Source: Patescibacteria group bacterium (GTDB lineage: Bacteria; Patescibacteriota; Minisyncoccia; Phycocordibacterales; CAIRYW01). Taken from it: 64,000 nt of DNA. The notes below the pieces were generated by a model that searched no databases, was not told where the DNA came from, and saw only the letters and a program-made list of their open reading frames with translations. Both the position numbers and the translations under genes were made by a program. Of the stretch, positions 32,134-40,605 are shown in pieces. Each line of letters begins with the position of its first letter. The first letter of the stretch is position 1. Location: contig JAZKAJ010000007.1 of the NCBI GenBank assembly GCA_040389185.1, forward strand, positions 5,127 through 69,126, in the 5' to 3' direction.

Positions 32134-32274
32134 ATGGACAAGGTTCTCTTTCCGGAAGAGCCCTCAAAAAATAAGAAGCCAATAGACAAGAAAAAACCCA
32201 AAAAGAGCAAATTTACTCTCAAGTGCCTGGTCAAAAAACAGGCAAAAATGAAGGTTAAGCGGCGGCGCAAGTAG
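32134..32274 (+). CDS. possible small highly basic protein (about 46 aa from first ATG: MDKVLFPEEPSKNKKPIDKKKPKKSKFTLKCLVKKQAKMKVKRRRK)
   Basis: The plus-strand ORF ends 27 nt before a strong plus-strand terminator (32301-32335, stem GGAGGGAAG/CUUCCCUCC + U-run). The frame is open upstream to 32056, so a non-ATG start is possible. Confidence 0.3.
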   Translation: MDKVLFPEEPSKNKKPIDKKKPKKSKFTLKCLVKKQAKMKVKRRRK

Positions 32275-32300
32275 AGCTGATCTAATCAGCAAAACCACGG

Positions 32301-32335
32301 AGGGAAGTCACAAGCCTTCCCTCCTTTTTAATTTC
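32301..32335 (+). terminator. Rho-independent terminator GGAGGGAAG-UCACAAGC-CUUCCCUCC + UUUUU
   Basis: Perfect 9-bp stem followed by a T-run. Confidence 0.6.
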
Positions 32336-32336
32336 A

Positions 32337-32374
32337 AACAAAAATGCATCGCGGCTACGCCGCGATGCATTTTG
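32337..32374. terminator. Family-1 conserved bidirectional terminator (T1c), covarying variant AUGCAUCGCGGC-UAC-GCCGCGAUGCAU
   Basis: Same GCGGCUACGCCGC core as the other copies, with compensatory stem changes (CACC/GGUG -> CAUC/GAUG). Lies 11 nt past the pyrG stop. Confidence 0.6.
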
Positions 32375-32384
32375 AATTTATTTT

Positions 32385-34016
32385 TTACTTCTTCAATCCC
32401 GCCTTCACAAATGCAGAAAATATCTTCTGCGGAGCAAGAGGTCTTGCAAGGAATTCTGGATGGAACTGTACTCCTACAAAGAATGGGTGTTCGCTTTGAG
32501 GAAGCTCTGCAATCTCACAGAGAGTTCCATCTTTTGATTTACCTGAAAATACGAGTCCCGCTTTTTCAAGATCTCCCACATATTCATTATTCACCTCATA
32601 TCGATGTCGATGTCGCTCAACAATTTCCTCGGTACCGTAGGCTTTCCGTGCGATTGTTCCATCTTTGAGTACTGCAGTGTAGTCCCCAAGTCTCATTGAA
32701 TTCCCATAATTACTTTCTTCAAGTTTTTTCTTTTGTTCATGCATTATATCTACCACAAGCTTTGAGGATTTTGGATTGATCTCTCCTGTATTCGCATCTT
32801 TCCATCCAAGGATATTTCGAGCGTATTCAATAACCATAAGTTGCATTCCATAGCAGATCCCAAGGTATGGAATCTTATTCTCGCGAACGAATTTGATCGT
32901 CTCAACAATTCCATCCACCCCACTTTCACCGAATCCTCCGGGGACAATAACTCCATCATAGTCTTTGAGTATTGAAAGCTTACTTTTATCTTTTTCGAAA
33001 TCTTTTGAATTCAAGAATGAAATCTTTGGCTTTGCCCCTGCATAATATGATGAGATCTTCACCGCCTCGATCACAGAAATATACACATCAGAGAGTACAA
33101 AATCGCCTGAATCAAAATACTTGCCTACTACAGCAATATTTAATTCCTTTTTAGCATTCTTCTTTTTATTTACAAATTCCATCCACTCTGCAAGATCTGT
33201 CTTTCTTTTTGGAAGACCGAGTATTTCAGAGAGATGGTCTCCCAAATGATCCTTTTCAAAATTAACTGGAATGTCATAGATACTATCTGCATCAGGCGCT
33301 GAGATAATATTCTTTGCAAGTACATTACAGAAGACTGCAATCTTTTCTTTTCTTTTGTCATCAAGCGATACACCACTTCGGGCAATGATAATATCAGCCT
33401 GGATTCCAGCACCATTTAAAGTTCGAGCTGCATATTGAGTAGGCTTCGTCTTCATTTCACCGATAGTTGAAGGAGTAGGAAGATAGGATACCATCACAAA
33501 AGCTACATCTCGAGGATGTTCAATCTTGAGCATTCGAGCCGCTTCAAGAAAAATAATATTTTGATACTCTCCGATTGTGCCCCCCACTTCAACAATAGTT
33601 ATATCCGCATCAGCATCGTGAGCAGCATTCTTAATTCTTCGAATTACTTCCCGAGGTATATCTGGCACCACCTCAACATTCTTGCCTTTGTATTCGAGAT
33701 TCCGCTCCTTACGAATAACTTCCTGGTAGACTCGCCCCGTTGTCATATAGTTATTTCGACTGAGGCTCATGTTTAAAAAACGCTCGTAGTTACCCATGTC
33801 CTGATCGCACTCATCACCGTCTCGAAGTACGAACACTTCTCCGTGCTCTGTTGGATTCATTGTACCTGCATCGATATTGATATATGGATCGATCTTGAGA
33901 GCTGTCACCTTGAAGCCCTTTGACTTCATTATAGTTCCGATAGAAGAGGCCGAAACACCTTTGCCAACTCCTGACATTACGCCACCAACAACAAAGATGT
34001 ATTTTCGCTTCTTCAT
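32385..34016 (-). CDS. pyrG: CTP synthase
   Basis: 543 aa. N-terminal YIFVVGGVMSGVGKG, a C-terminal glutaminase domain (GICYGMQ, HPEF) and other conserved PyrG segments. Confidence 0.95.
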   Translation of the reverse strand: MKKRKYIFVVGGVMSGVGKGVSASSIGTIMKSKGFKVTALKIDPYINIDAGTMNPTEHGEVFVLRDGDECDQDMGNYERFLNMSLSRNNYMTTGRVYQEVIRKERNLEYKGKNVEVVPDIPREVIRRIKNAAHDADADITIVEVGGTIGEYQNIIFLEAARMLKIEHPRDVAFVMVSYLPTPSTIGEMKTKPTQYAARTLNGAGIQADIIIARSGVSLDDKRKEKIAVFCNVLAKNIISAPDADSIYDIPVNFEKDHLGDHLSEILGLPKRKTDLAEWMEFVNKKKNAKKELNIAVVGKYFDSGDFVLSDVYISVIEAVKISSYYAGAKPKISFLNSKDFEKDKSKLSILKDYDGVIVPGGFGESGVDGIVETIKFVRENKIPYLGICYGMQLMVIEYARNILGWKDANTGEINPKSSKLVVDIMHEQKKKLEESNYGNSMRLGDYTAVLKDGTIARKAYGTEEIVERHRHRYEVNNEYVGDLEKAGLVFSGKSKDGTLCEIAELPQSEHPFFVGVQFHPEFLARPLAPQKIFSAFVKAGLKK

Positions 34017-34111
34017 GAATTAAATATTGAATGTAGTATATAGTATTTGATATGACCTTTCAACCCTCTCTATGTTAGAGACAAAAGTGTTGATGTTATG
34101 CCGAAAATTCA

Positions 34112-35032
34112 TTAGATTTTAAGGTATTTTTTCACTGCCCAGTAACTAGAAAGTGCTCCAATAAATAATCCTGATATGAGCATCATTCCACCAATAGATA
34201 ATATGTCGCTTAGGTAATAAGAAAAGAGATTAACTCCAGTGCCGAGATCAAGCGTATGAGGGCCTGCCCAGTAAGTAATCGGAAGGAGCAGAAGGAGTGC
34301 TAAGAGCGTTGCGACAGCACCATACATAAGCCCACTTACAACGAAAGGACCTTTGATGTATCGCGTTGATGCGCCCACAAGTCGCTTTACAGAGATTTCT
34401 TCTCGAGCCATGTAGATCGTGAGTCTGATTGTATTAAATGAAATAAGGAACGCAATAACCGCAAAGAAGATCGCGACAGCAAGACCTAGAGTTCGAGAGG
34501 CGTCCATTATCTTTGTGAGTGCAGCAATCGCAGCTTTATTTCTACTATAGTTGATCTTGTCGATGATACTTTCTGAATTTTCTTTCTTTTGATTCTCAAG
34601 AAATGTTGAAATACCTTCATATTGCGATGGATCCTTTGCTTTGATCTCAAGTGATGCCCCGAGTGGGTTATCTCCAATTTCATCAAGTGCCTGAAGGGTC
34701 AATTCATCATTTTCATGTCTTGTTTTGAAATCTGCCAATTCCTGCTCTCGTGAAGAATATGTCACCTCGCTTACTTCAGGCTGAGATTCAATCTGCTTTT
34801 TGAGTGCCAAAATTTCATCTTCTTCCGCTGAAGTAACAAGATACACATTGATATCAACCTTGTTTTTGATCTGATCAAGTGTTGAGTGCAAAAGCGCCTG
34901 AGTCAGAAGGAGTGAACCGATAACCAAAAGTGCCATTGTCATAATAAGCACCGCGGTAACAGACACGGATCCATTGCGCCAAAAATTGAGAAACCCTGAT
35001 TTAAAAACTCGTTTGATATTTGTCCTTAGCAT
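34112..35032 (-). CDS. ftsX: cell division permease FtsX
   Basis: N-terminal TM, periplasmic domain and 3 C-terminal TM helices, directly downstream of ftsE. Confidence 0.85.
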   Translation of the reverse strand: MLRTNIKRVFKSGFLNFWRNGSVSVTAVLIMTMALLVIGSLLLTQALLHSTLDQIKNKVDINVYLVTSAEEDEILALKKQIESQPEVSEVTYSSREQELADFKTRHENDELTLQALDEIGDNPLGASLEIKAKDPSQYEGISTFLENQKKENSESIIDKINYSRNKAAIAALTKIMDASRTLGLAVAIFFAVIAFLISFNTIRLTIYMAREEISVKRLVGASTRYIKGPFVVSGLMYGAVATLLALLLLLPITYWAGPHTLDLGTGVNLFSYYLSDILSIGGMMLISGLFIGALSSYWAVKKYLKI

Positions 35033-35063
35033 TTTTATTTTTTTATTATACTACAAAAAATTC

Positions 35064-35744
35064 CTAGATTGCGAATTTACCATCCTTATCATCTCGCGCG
35101 ATCTTGCCACCCTCCATGGTGATAACTCTTTTTCCAATAGAATCAACTACACCCTTGTTGTGTGTCGTAAGGATTACAGTCGTTCCAAGATCATTGATCT
35201 TTTTGAGTATCTGGATGATGTCATAGGTTGATACTGGATCAAGGTTTCCCGTTGGCTCATCAGCAATAATAATATCTGGCTGATTGACGATTGCTCGTGC
35301 GATAGCTACTCGCTGCTTTTCTCCACCTGAGAGCTGATGTGGAAAATTCATCATTTTTTTTGTGAGATCTACGAGTCCTAGTACATGAGGAACATCAGCA
35401 GAGATCTCTTCATCTGTGCGTCCACATGCTTCCATCGCAAAGGCAATATTTTCATATACCGTGAGATTAGGAAGGAGTCTAAAATCCTGAAATACAGTCC
35501 CCACTCGTCTTCGGTAGTCCGTCATTTCATTCTTTCGCAACCCTCCGATATTTACAGATTCAAAATAAACAGCGCCATTTGAAGGTTTTTCTTCTCCAAG
35601 GATCATTTTAATGATCGTTGTCTTTCCTGCACCCGAATGTCCAACAATAGAGACGAATTCTTTTGGTTTTATAGTAAAAGAGACGCTGTCGAGCGCTTTG
35701 GTATCGTTTTGGTAAGTTTTGGAAACTTTGTCAAAGTAAATCAT
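35064..35744 (-). CDS. ftsE: cell division ATP-binding protein FtsE
   Basis: Walker A GHSGAGKTT, ABC signature LSGGEKQR, Walker B IIIADEPTGNLD. Confidence 0.9.
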   Translation of the reverse strand: MIYFDKVSKTYQNDTKALDSVSFTIKPKEFVSIVGHSGAGKTTIIKMILGEEKPSNGAVYFESVNIGGLRKNEMTDYRRRVGTVFQDFRLLPNLTVYENIAFAMEACGRTDEEISADVPHVLGLVDLTKKMMNFPHQLSGGEKQRVAIARAIVNQPDIIIADEPTGNLDPVSTYDIIQILKKINDLGTTVILTTHNKGVVDSIGKRVITMEGGKIARDDKDGKFAI

Positions 35745-35819
35745 AAATTTTTTTGTAAAAAATTAATTTTTAATGTTTAATTTCAAATTTTTAAAAATTA
35801 AAAATTACAAAATTAAAAA

Positions 35820-36698
35820 TTATAGTTGTTTTTCTGCCTCTATAAATCCGTCTAGCTCACCTCTCTCCAATATACTTTCTACGTTTGAAGTTTCAAATCC
35901 TGTTCGATGATCTTTGACGAGTTTATATGGATGCAATACATATGACCTAATCTGACTTCCCCATTCTGCATCTGTTGTTTTTGAAACATAAGAGCCAGAT
36001 TCTTCTGCCATCTTCTTAGCTTCCATTATAGCATAGAGTTTCGCTTTGAGAATCTCAAGACCCTTCTCTTTGTTCTGTGCCTGGTTCCGCTCAGAATCAA
36101 TATGCACAGAAAGCTTTGTTGGAATATGAACAATCCGGACCGCAGTCTCTCTTTTGTTTACATTTTGTCCACCTGGACCACCAGAACGAGTAAAATCAAT
36201 CTTCAATTCACTCTCTGGTATATCAACATTCATTGTCTTTTCAAATTTTGGTATTACTTCAATCATCACAAATGAGGTCTGTCGTTTACCGTTGGCATTA
36301 AATGGTGATATTCGCACAAGCCTGTGCACCCCTGATTCCTTTTTGAGAGTTCCATATACTTTTTTGCCTTTTATCTCAAATGACACACTTCGAAATCCTC
36401 TGCCATCATTTCTGTTTTCATCCAACAGTGTTGTAGCCCATCCTTTCTTTCCAATATATTTTTGATACATCGAAAAAAGCATGTATGCAAAATCCTCAGC
36501 ATCATCTCCACCGGCACCCGCAAAAATAGTCATGACCGCATCACCATTATCATACTTACCTCCAACAGGTACAGGATCATTGAGCTCTTGAAGTTCCTTA
36601 ATGAGAGCCTGCGCGTTATTTTTGTCATTCCAAAAATCCGCACTACTCATCTGTGTCTCGATTTCAGATATTCTTTTTTGTCTTTCTTCAGGAGTCAT
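35820..36698 (-). CDS. prfB: peptide chain release factor 2, short N-terminus, no programmed frameshift detected
   Basis: GGQ motif (SGGPGGQNVNK) and the SPF tripeptide (RISPFNANG) specific for RF2. The ORF starts about 30 aa later than E. coli RF2, and the 45 nt upstream contain no CUU UGA frameshift site. Confidence 0.85.
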   Translation of the reverse strand: MTPEERQKRISEIETQMSSADFWNDKNNAQALIKELQELNDPVPVGGKYDNGDAVMTIFAGAGGDDAEDFAYMLFSMYQKYIGKKGWATTLLDENRNDGRGFRSVSFEIKGKKVYGTLKKESGVHRLVRISPFNANGKRQTSFVMIEVIPKFEKTMNVDIPESELKIDFTRSGGPGGQNVNKRETAVRIVHIPTKLSVHIDSERNQAQNKEKGLEILKAKLYAIMEAKKMAEESGSYVSKTTDAEWGSQIRSYVLHPYKLVKDHRTGFETSNVESILERGELDGFIEAEKQL

Positions 36699-36743
36699 AA
36701 ATACAGTAAATAAGATAAAGGCAATAAATCTATGAAAAAAAAC

Positions 36744-37220
36744 TTACGAGTTCTTTGCTTTTTCTCTTCCAATTTCAGAGAGGAGTCCTGATGAAGCATC
36801 ATAGAGAGATTCATGAAAGCCGATAGCATCAAAAGCAAGCGCAGTCAGTACATCATCATTCAAAGTCTCACCAACCCCTTTCACAAGGTTCCAGTGAGCA
36901 AGAGCCGCTCCTCCGAAAAATCCCCACCATTCAAATACTTCTGAAGGATTATCCCATTCATCCCCCACATATGCGTCTCGCATTGCAATAAGCTTTGTTC
37001 CTGTCTTTTCTGATTTTGGTAGTACAATTTCTGAAACGTTTTGCGCTTTAGCAAAAGCAATGAGTGCTTCCTGATGAGCATTATTTCTCGCTATAAATCC
37101 GTCGATTTCAGCTTTTGAAAAGATCTGACCAAAAACGGACATAGCCTTTGTGATAGTTTCATTTCCCACTTTGGCAAAAGCCAGCACCTCTCCTATTTTT
37201 TTTGCAGTAAATTCATTCAT
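36744..37220 (-). CDS. hypothetical protein (158 aa)
   Basis: ORF packed 45 nt upstream of prfB. No recognisable motif. Confidence 0.4.
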   Translation of the reverse strand: MNEFTAKKIGEVLAFAKVGNETITKAMSVFGQIFSKAEIDGFIARNNAHQEALIAFAKAQNVSEIVLPKSEKTGTKLIAMRDAYVGDEWDNPSEVFEWWGFFGGAALAHWNLVKGVGETLNDDVLTALAFDAIGFHESLYDASSGLLSEIGREKAKNS

Positions 37221-37333
37221 AGTTTTTGTGTTTTATTGGATTAACAAAGAAGATTATAACATAAACTCCACTTCAACAGAGAACTTACAATATTTCAATA
37301 AAATATGCTTTAATATGCAGGTATTTACAATTT

Positions 37334-37406
37334 GCCGTCGTAGCTCAGTTGGTAGAGCATGTTCTTGGTATGAACAAGGTCATCGGTTCGATCCCGATCG
37401 ACGGCT
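37334..37406 (+). tRNA. tRNA-Thr (anticodon GGU), CCA not encoded
   Basis: GCCGUCG-UA-GCUC-AGUUGGUA-GAGC-A-UGUUC-UUGGUAU-GAACA-AGGUC-AUCGG-UUCGAUC-CCGAU-CGACGGC-U. Confidence 0.85.
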
Positions 37407-37417
37407 TAGCGAGTGAA

Positions 37418-37455
37418 ATTAGACTGAAAAAAGACAACACCTTCTAGTGTTGTCT
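37418..37455 (+). terminator. Rho-independent terminator AGACAACAC-CUUCUAG-UGUUGUCU + UUUUUUG
   Basis: Perfect 9-bp stem and T-run 12 nt after tRNA-Thr. Confidence 0.65.
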
Positions 37456-37495
37456 TTTTTGTATCAAACATCCCAAACGAAATAAACTATTTCTT

Positions 37496-37563
37496 AAAAA
37501 GACTTCGGAGGCGGGTAGCTGAGACTTGAGGAATTCGCAAGCTTGCGAATATCCGTGCTTTTT
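37496..37563 (-). repeat. Copy A of the conserved bipartite 3' element (minus sense: AAGCACGGAUAUUCGCAAGCUUGCGAAUUCCUCAAGUCUCAGCUACCCGCCUCCGAAGUCUUUUU)
   Basis: Shares the flanks GCACG...AUA and GUCUC.GCUACCCGCCU.CGAAGUCUUUU with copies at 401-461 and 62469-62534. The central hairpin differs in sequence but keeps its pairing. Sits immediately 3' of the minus-strand gene ending at 37574. Confidence 0.55.
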
Positions 37564-37573
37564 AAGAAGTAGT

Positions 37574-38011
37574 TTATGCAGAGAAACTTACCTTATCGTC
37601 CGCATCAAGATAATCAAAAAGAGTTGTCGTTTTAGGATCAAGAGCCAATCTCTCACACTCACCTTGAAACCATTCTTTTTTATTTGGATCAGTCGAATAT
37701 GAAAAATCAGTCTTAAACGCGCTAGACCATTTACTTACTTCATCTGGAGTCTTTGTATCTCCATGAGTCTCTACCCATTTACCAATTTCTTCATCACTTG
37801 CCCCTGTTGCAACAAATGCCTTGAATTCTTCTGCATTAATATTTTTAAATCCAAAAAGAGTTTTGTCGAGTGGGCAATCAAAGTGATATTCTCCGGCAGT
37901 ATCATTTATAACAGCGCGGCATTTATCGATTGTTCTCGCCAAAATTGCAAATCCATTTATCGTTTCATAAGGACTTCGTGGCGCCTCAACAGCCAAATCT
38001 TTTGCTTCCAT
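37574..38011 (-). CDS. hypothetical protein (145 aa), last gene of the PEP-utilizer paralog operon
   Basis: ORF only. No recognisable motif. Confidence 0.45.
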   Translation of the reverse strand: MEAKDLAVEAPRSPYETINGFAILARTIDKCRAVINDTAGEYHFDCPLDKTLFGFKNINAEEFKAFVATGASDEEIGKWVETHGDTKTPDEVSKWSSAFKTDFSYSTDPNKKEWFQGECERLALDPKTTTLFDYLDADDKVSFSA

Positions 38012-38049
38012 ATATTTTCAGTATTTAATTAATAGAACCCTATTATACC

Positions 38050-39036
38050 CTAAGCCCGTTTCAAAATCCTTACTATACCTTTCTCAGCATCAACCTCTAC
38101 TAAATCTCCATCTTTCAAGATTTTCGTCGCGATTTTGGTACCTATAACACAAGGTTTTTTAAGTTCACGAGCCACTATTGCTGCATGACAAGTAATGCCG
38201 CCTTCATCAGTTACAATCGCTGAACATTTCTTTATTGCAATCATCATATCGGGCGTAGTCATTGGAGAGACAAGTATCTGACCTGCTTTGATCTTGTTTG
38301 AGTTTGCAATACTTTTAAGAATAAATACCTCTCCTTGAACTTTACCAAGAAAAGCAGATCGACCTTTTATGATTTGAGCGTTGGTTTTTAAGACTTCAAA
38401 TTTATAAGGCAAATCATCATATTTTCCTCTAAAATTCTTGCTGCTCAAAACAACAAAACCCCTTTTTCTTTTCATCAACACTTCTTTAGAAGGAATTTTA
38501 CTTACTTCTTTTTGCAAAACCGTATCTTCAAAACCTTTTGTTTGCGGATGCAAATATATGAGTGAGTTCCTTAAAAATTTTGCTGTCTTTGACCAGAATT
38601 CATCAGTCTTTCTAAATTCAGTTGCAATGCCAACCAACTTCTTTGGACTTTTCCTATTAAGAAGAGTGAAGTAATAAAGAATATATCTTTCAACTTGTTT
38701 ATTGAGTTTTTTAATAAATTCTTCTAATTCCTGAGACGAATTAACATGTTTTTTCTTCCAAAATTTTTCATAATAAGGCAACTCTTTCATGTATGCATCA
38801 AGATTTTTATTGAAAAAATTGCCACTATTCTTATTTTTATAGAGAATGAGCAAAGAAAGTTCTTCTTCCAACTTCTTGTGTTGCAATACTTCAATAGTTC
38901 CTTCGGTCAAAAAATCAATTACCATCGGGTATGCAGGTTTCTGTCCTTTTAACTTTTTATACAGTGATTCAAATCCAAAGATCCATGCTTGCTGAATAAT
39001 AAGTCCAGTGTCTCTTGTATACGCTTTATAGTACAT
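38050..39036 (-). CDS. PEP-utilizing-enzyme mobile (phospho-histidine swivel) domain protein, paralog C (no ATP-grasp domain)
   Basis: The C-terminus ...SAIVTDEGGITCHAAIVARELKKPCVIGTKIATKILKDGDLVEVDAEKGIVRIL carries the catalytic His in the GG(I/L)T(C/S)H motif. The N-terminal part is helical and Lys-rich, with weak similarity to the middle region of paralog A. Confidence 0.7.
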   Translation of the reverse strand: MYYKAYTRDTGLIIQQAWIFGFESLYKKLKGQKPAYPMVIDFLTEGTIEVLQHKKLEEELSLLILYKNKNSGNFFNKNLDAYMKELPYYEKFWKKKHVNSSQELEEFIKKLNKQVERYILYYFTLLNRKSPKKLVGIATEFRKTDEFWSKTAKFLRNSLIYLHPQTKGFEDTVLQKEVSKIPSKEVLMKRKRGFVVLSSKNFRGKYDDLPYKFEVLKTNAQIIKGRSAFLGKVQGEVFILKSIANSNKIKAGQILVSPMTTPDMMIAIKKCSAIVTDEGGITCHAAIVARELKKPCVIGTKIATKILKDGDLVEVDAEKGIVRILKRA

Positions 39037-39038
39037 AA

Positions 39039-40598
39039 CTATTGATTTTTCAGAATCTTGACTACTCCTTTATCTGCATCTAATTCCACAAGATCCCCAT
39101 CTTTCAAATACTGAGTAATATTTTTCACACCAACAATACACGGAGTTTTAAATTCTCGCGCCACAATTACTGGGTGAGATGTGAGTCCTCCAAACTCCGC
39201 GATAATACCAGATGCTTTTCTAAGATAAATATCAAACACGTTACTTGCCGAAGCGACAACCAAAATATCTCCTTTTTTAACTTTAGATGCGCCCTCTAAA
39301 CTTGTACCTATCACAACTTTGCCAGTTATTTTACCAACACTTCCTGTCGCACCTTCAAATATATCTTTGTTAGTTTTTTCAACTTCTAATTGCGTTTGAA
39401 TTGTATCTTTTATCTTTTGAGCATCCTTGCCAACAAATACATATTCCTTATTATCGATAGTCATAAAACAGCTAAGTTTTAATCTTTCTTTCAGATCTTT
39501 TTCTTTTACTTTTTTATTTTCCTTCAAATAATCTGCAATCTCCCATGGTAAGAACTCTTTAAGTTCATAATAAGTAAGACCTAATCTTTTAGCAATTTCA
39601 GTATAGAGCGGAATGATGTAATAAGCAGACTCACCCATCACCGGATAATCTTCTGTACGTAAGAACGCCATCCGACGAAGACTCATAATCAAATTCTTCA
39701 CTTCTTTTGAAGGACCAATTTCTTCCAAAAAAACCTTAGAACGTTCAATGAGCGAAACATCATAATCATCACCAAGTCTTTTTGCCTTTACTGTCAAAGG
39801 AGTATCATTCTTAATGTAATCAATAACCTCATTCCAAATACTCAGAACTGTCGATGGGGGATTATTTGCATACACATTAATCCATACATAACCCTTAAAA
39901 TGTTTATCAATGAGTTTTTTTATTTCTTTATTTTCTTTTATCACCCCATCGTATGAAATACCTTTTTGAACCACCTCTAAAAGAGCCTTATTATCTCTTA
40001 CCAGTTTTACAATATTAAAAAAACTCTGTCTCTCTTTATAGATAATTGATACCTGATGTGGAGTAATAAGTGTATTAATATATTCAGTGACGAGTTCTGC
40101 TTTACCAAGTTCTCCCAGTCTCCTTTTCATATAAGATTCTAAAACTGGCATGAGTGCGATTTCCATATACCAATCATAAATATCTACCGTTAAGTTATAG
40201 ATTAAGTGTCTACCGACTTTGTTAAGAAGTTCTATAAGTTTCTTATTACTTAACTTATCTAGATTTTTAATTGCCCAAATTTTTCTTAATTCTTTCAAAT
40301 CAAAGTTAACCCTCTTTCGGTAATCTTTGACTACATCAATCATAAATCCTGGTTCAACTTCAAATCTATTTCGATAAAACTGATCAAGTCGATCACGATC
40401 TTCAACTGCCTGATAGCAAGTCTGAATCCCGTTTTCAAATAGATTAATTATAACTCGGAGACTATCTCCGGAAATACGTGTATGCTCCTTCTGGAATTTT
40501 AACCCTTTATCATAAGCACAATCGAGAAGTGGAAAATTGCCCGACCACGTGTACATCCAAGTGTAATCATTAATTCTTTTGATAAGTTTTTGATTCAT
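39039..40598 (-). CDS. PEP-utilizing-enzyme mobile domain protein, paralog B (substrate-domain-like region + His domain, no ATP-grasp)
   Basis: C-terminal ...GGLTSHPVIVAREFKTPCIVGVKNITQYLKDGDLVELDADKGVVKIL. Segments similar to the middle domain of paralog A (LSNKKLIELLNKVGR..., EIAKRLG...). The start is set at the internal ATG (40598) to avoid a 38-nt overlap with paralog A; the longest ORF runs to 40643. Confidence 0.68.
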   Translation of the reverse strand: MNQKLIKRINDYTWMYTWSGNFPLLDCAYDKGLKFQKEHTRISGDSLRVIINLFENGIQTCYQAVEDRDRLDQFYRNRFEVEPGFMIDVVKDYRKRVNFDLKELRKIWAIKNLDKLSNKKLIELLNKVGRHLIYNLTVDIYDWYMEIALMPVLESYMKRRLGELGKAELVTEYINTLITPHQVSIIYKERQSFFNIVKLVRDNKALLEVVQKGISYDGVIKENKEIKKLIDKHFKGYVWINVYANNPPSTVLSIWNEVIDYIKNDTPLTVKAKRLGDDYDVSLIERSKVFLEEIGPSKEVKNLIMSLRRMAFLRTEDYPVMGESAYYIIPLYTEIAKRLGLTYYELKEFLPWEIADYLKENKKVKEKDLKERLKLSCFMTIDNKEYVFVGKDAQKIKDTIQTQLEVEKTNKDIFEGATGSVGKITGKVVIGTSLEGASKVKKGDILVVASASNVFDIYLRKASGIIAEFGGLTSHPVIVAREFKTPCIVGVKNITQYLKDGDLVELDADKGVVKILKNQ

Positions 40599-40605
40599 AG
40601 AAGCT

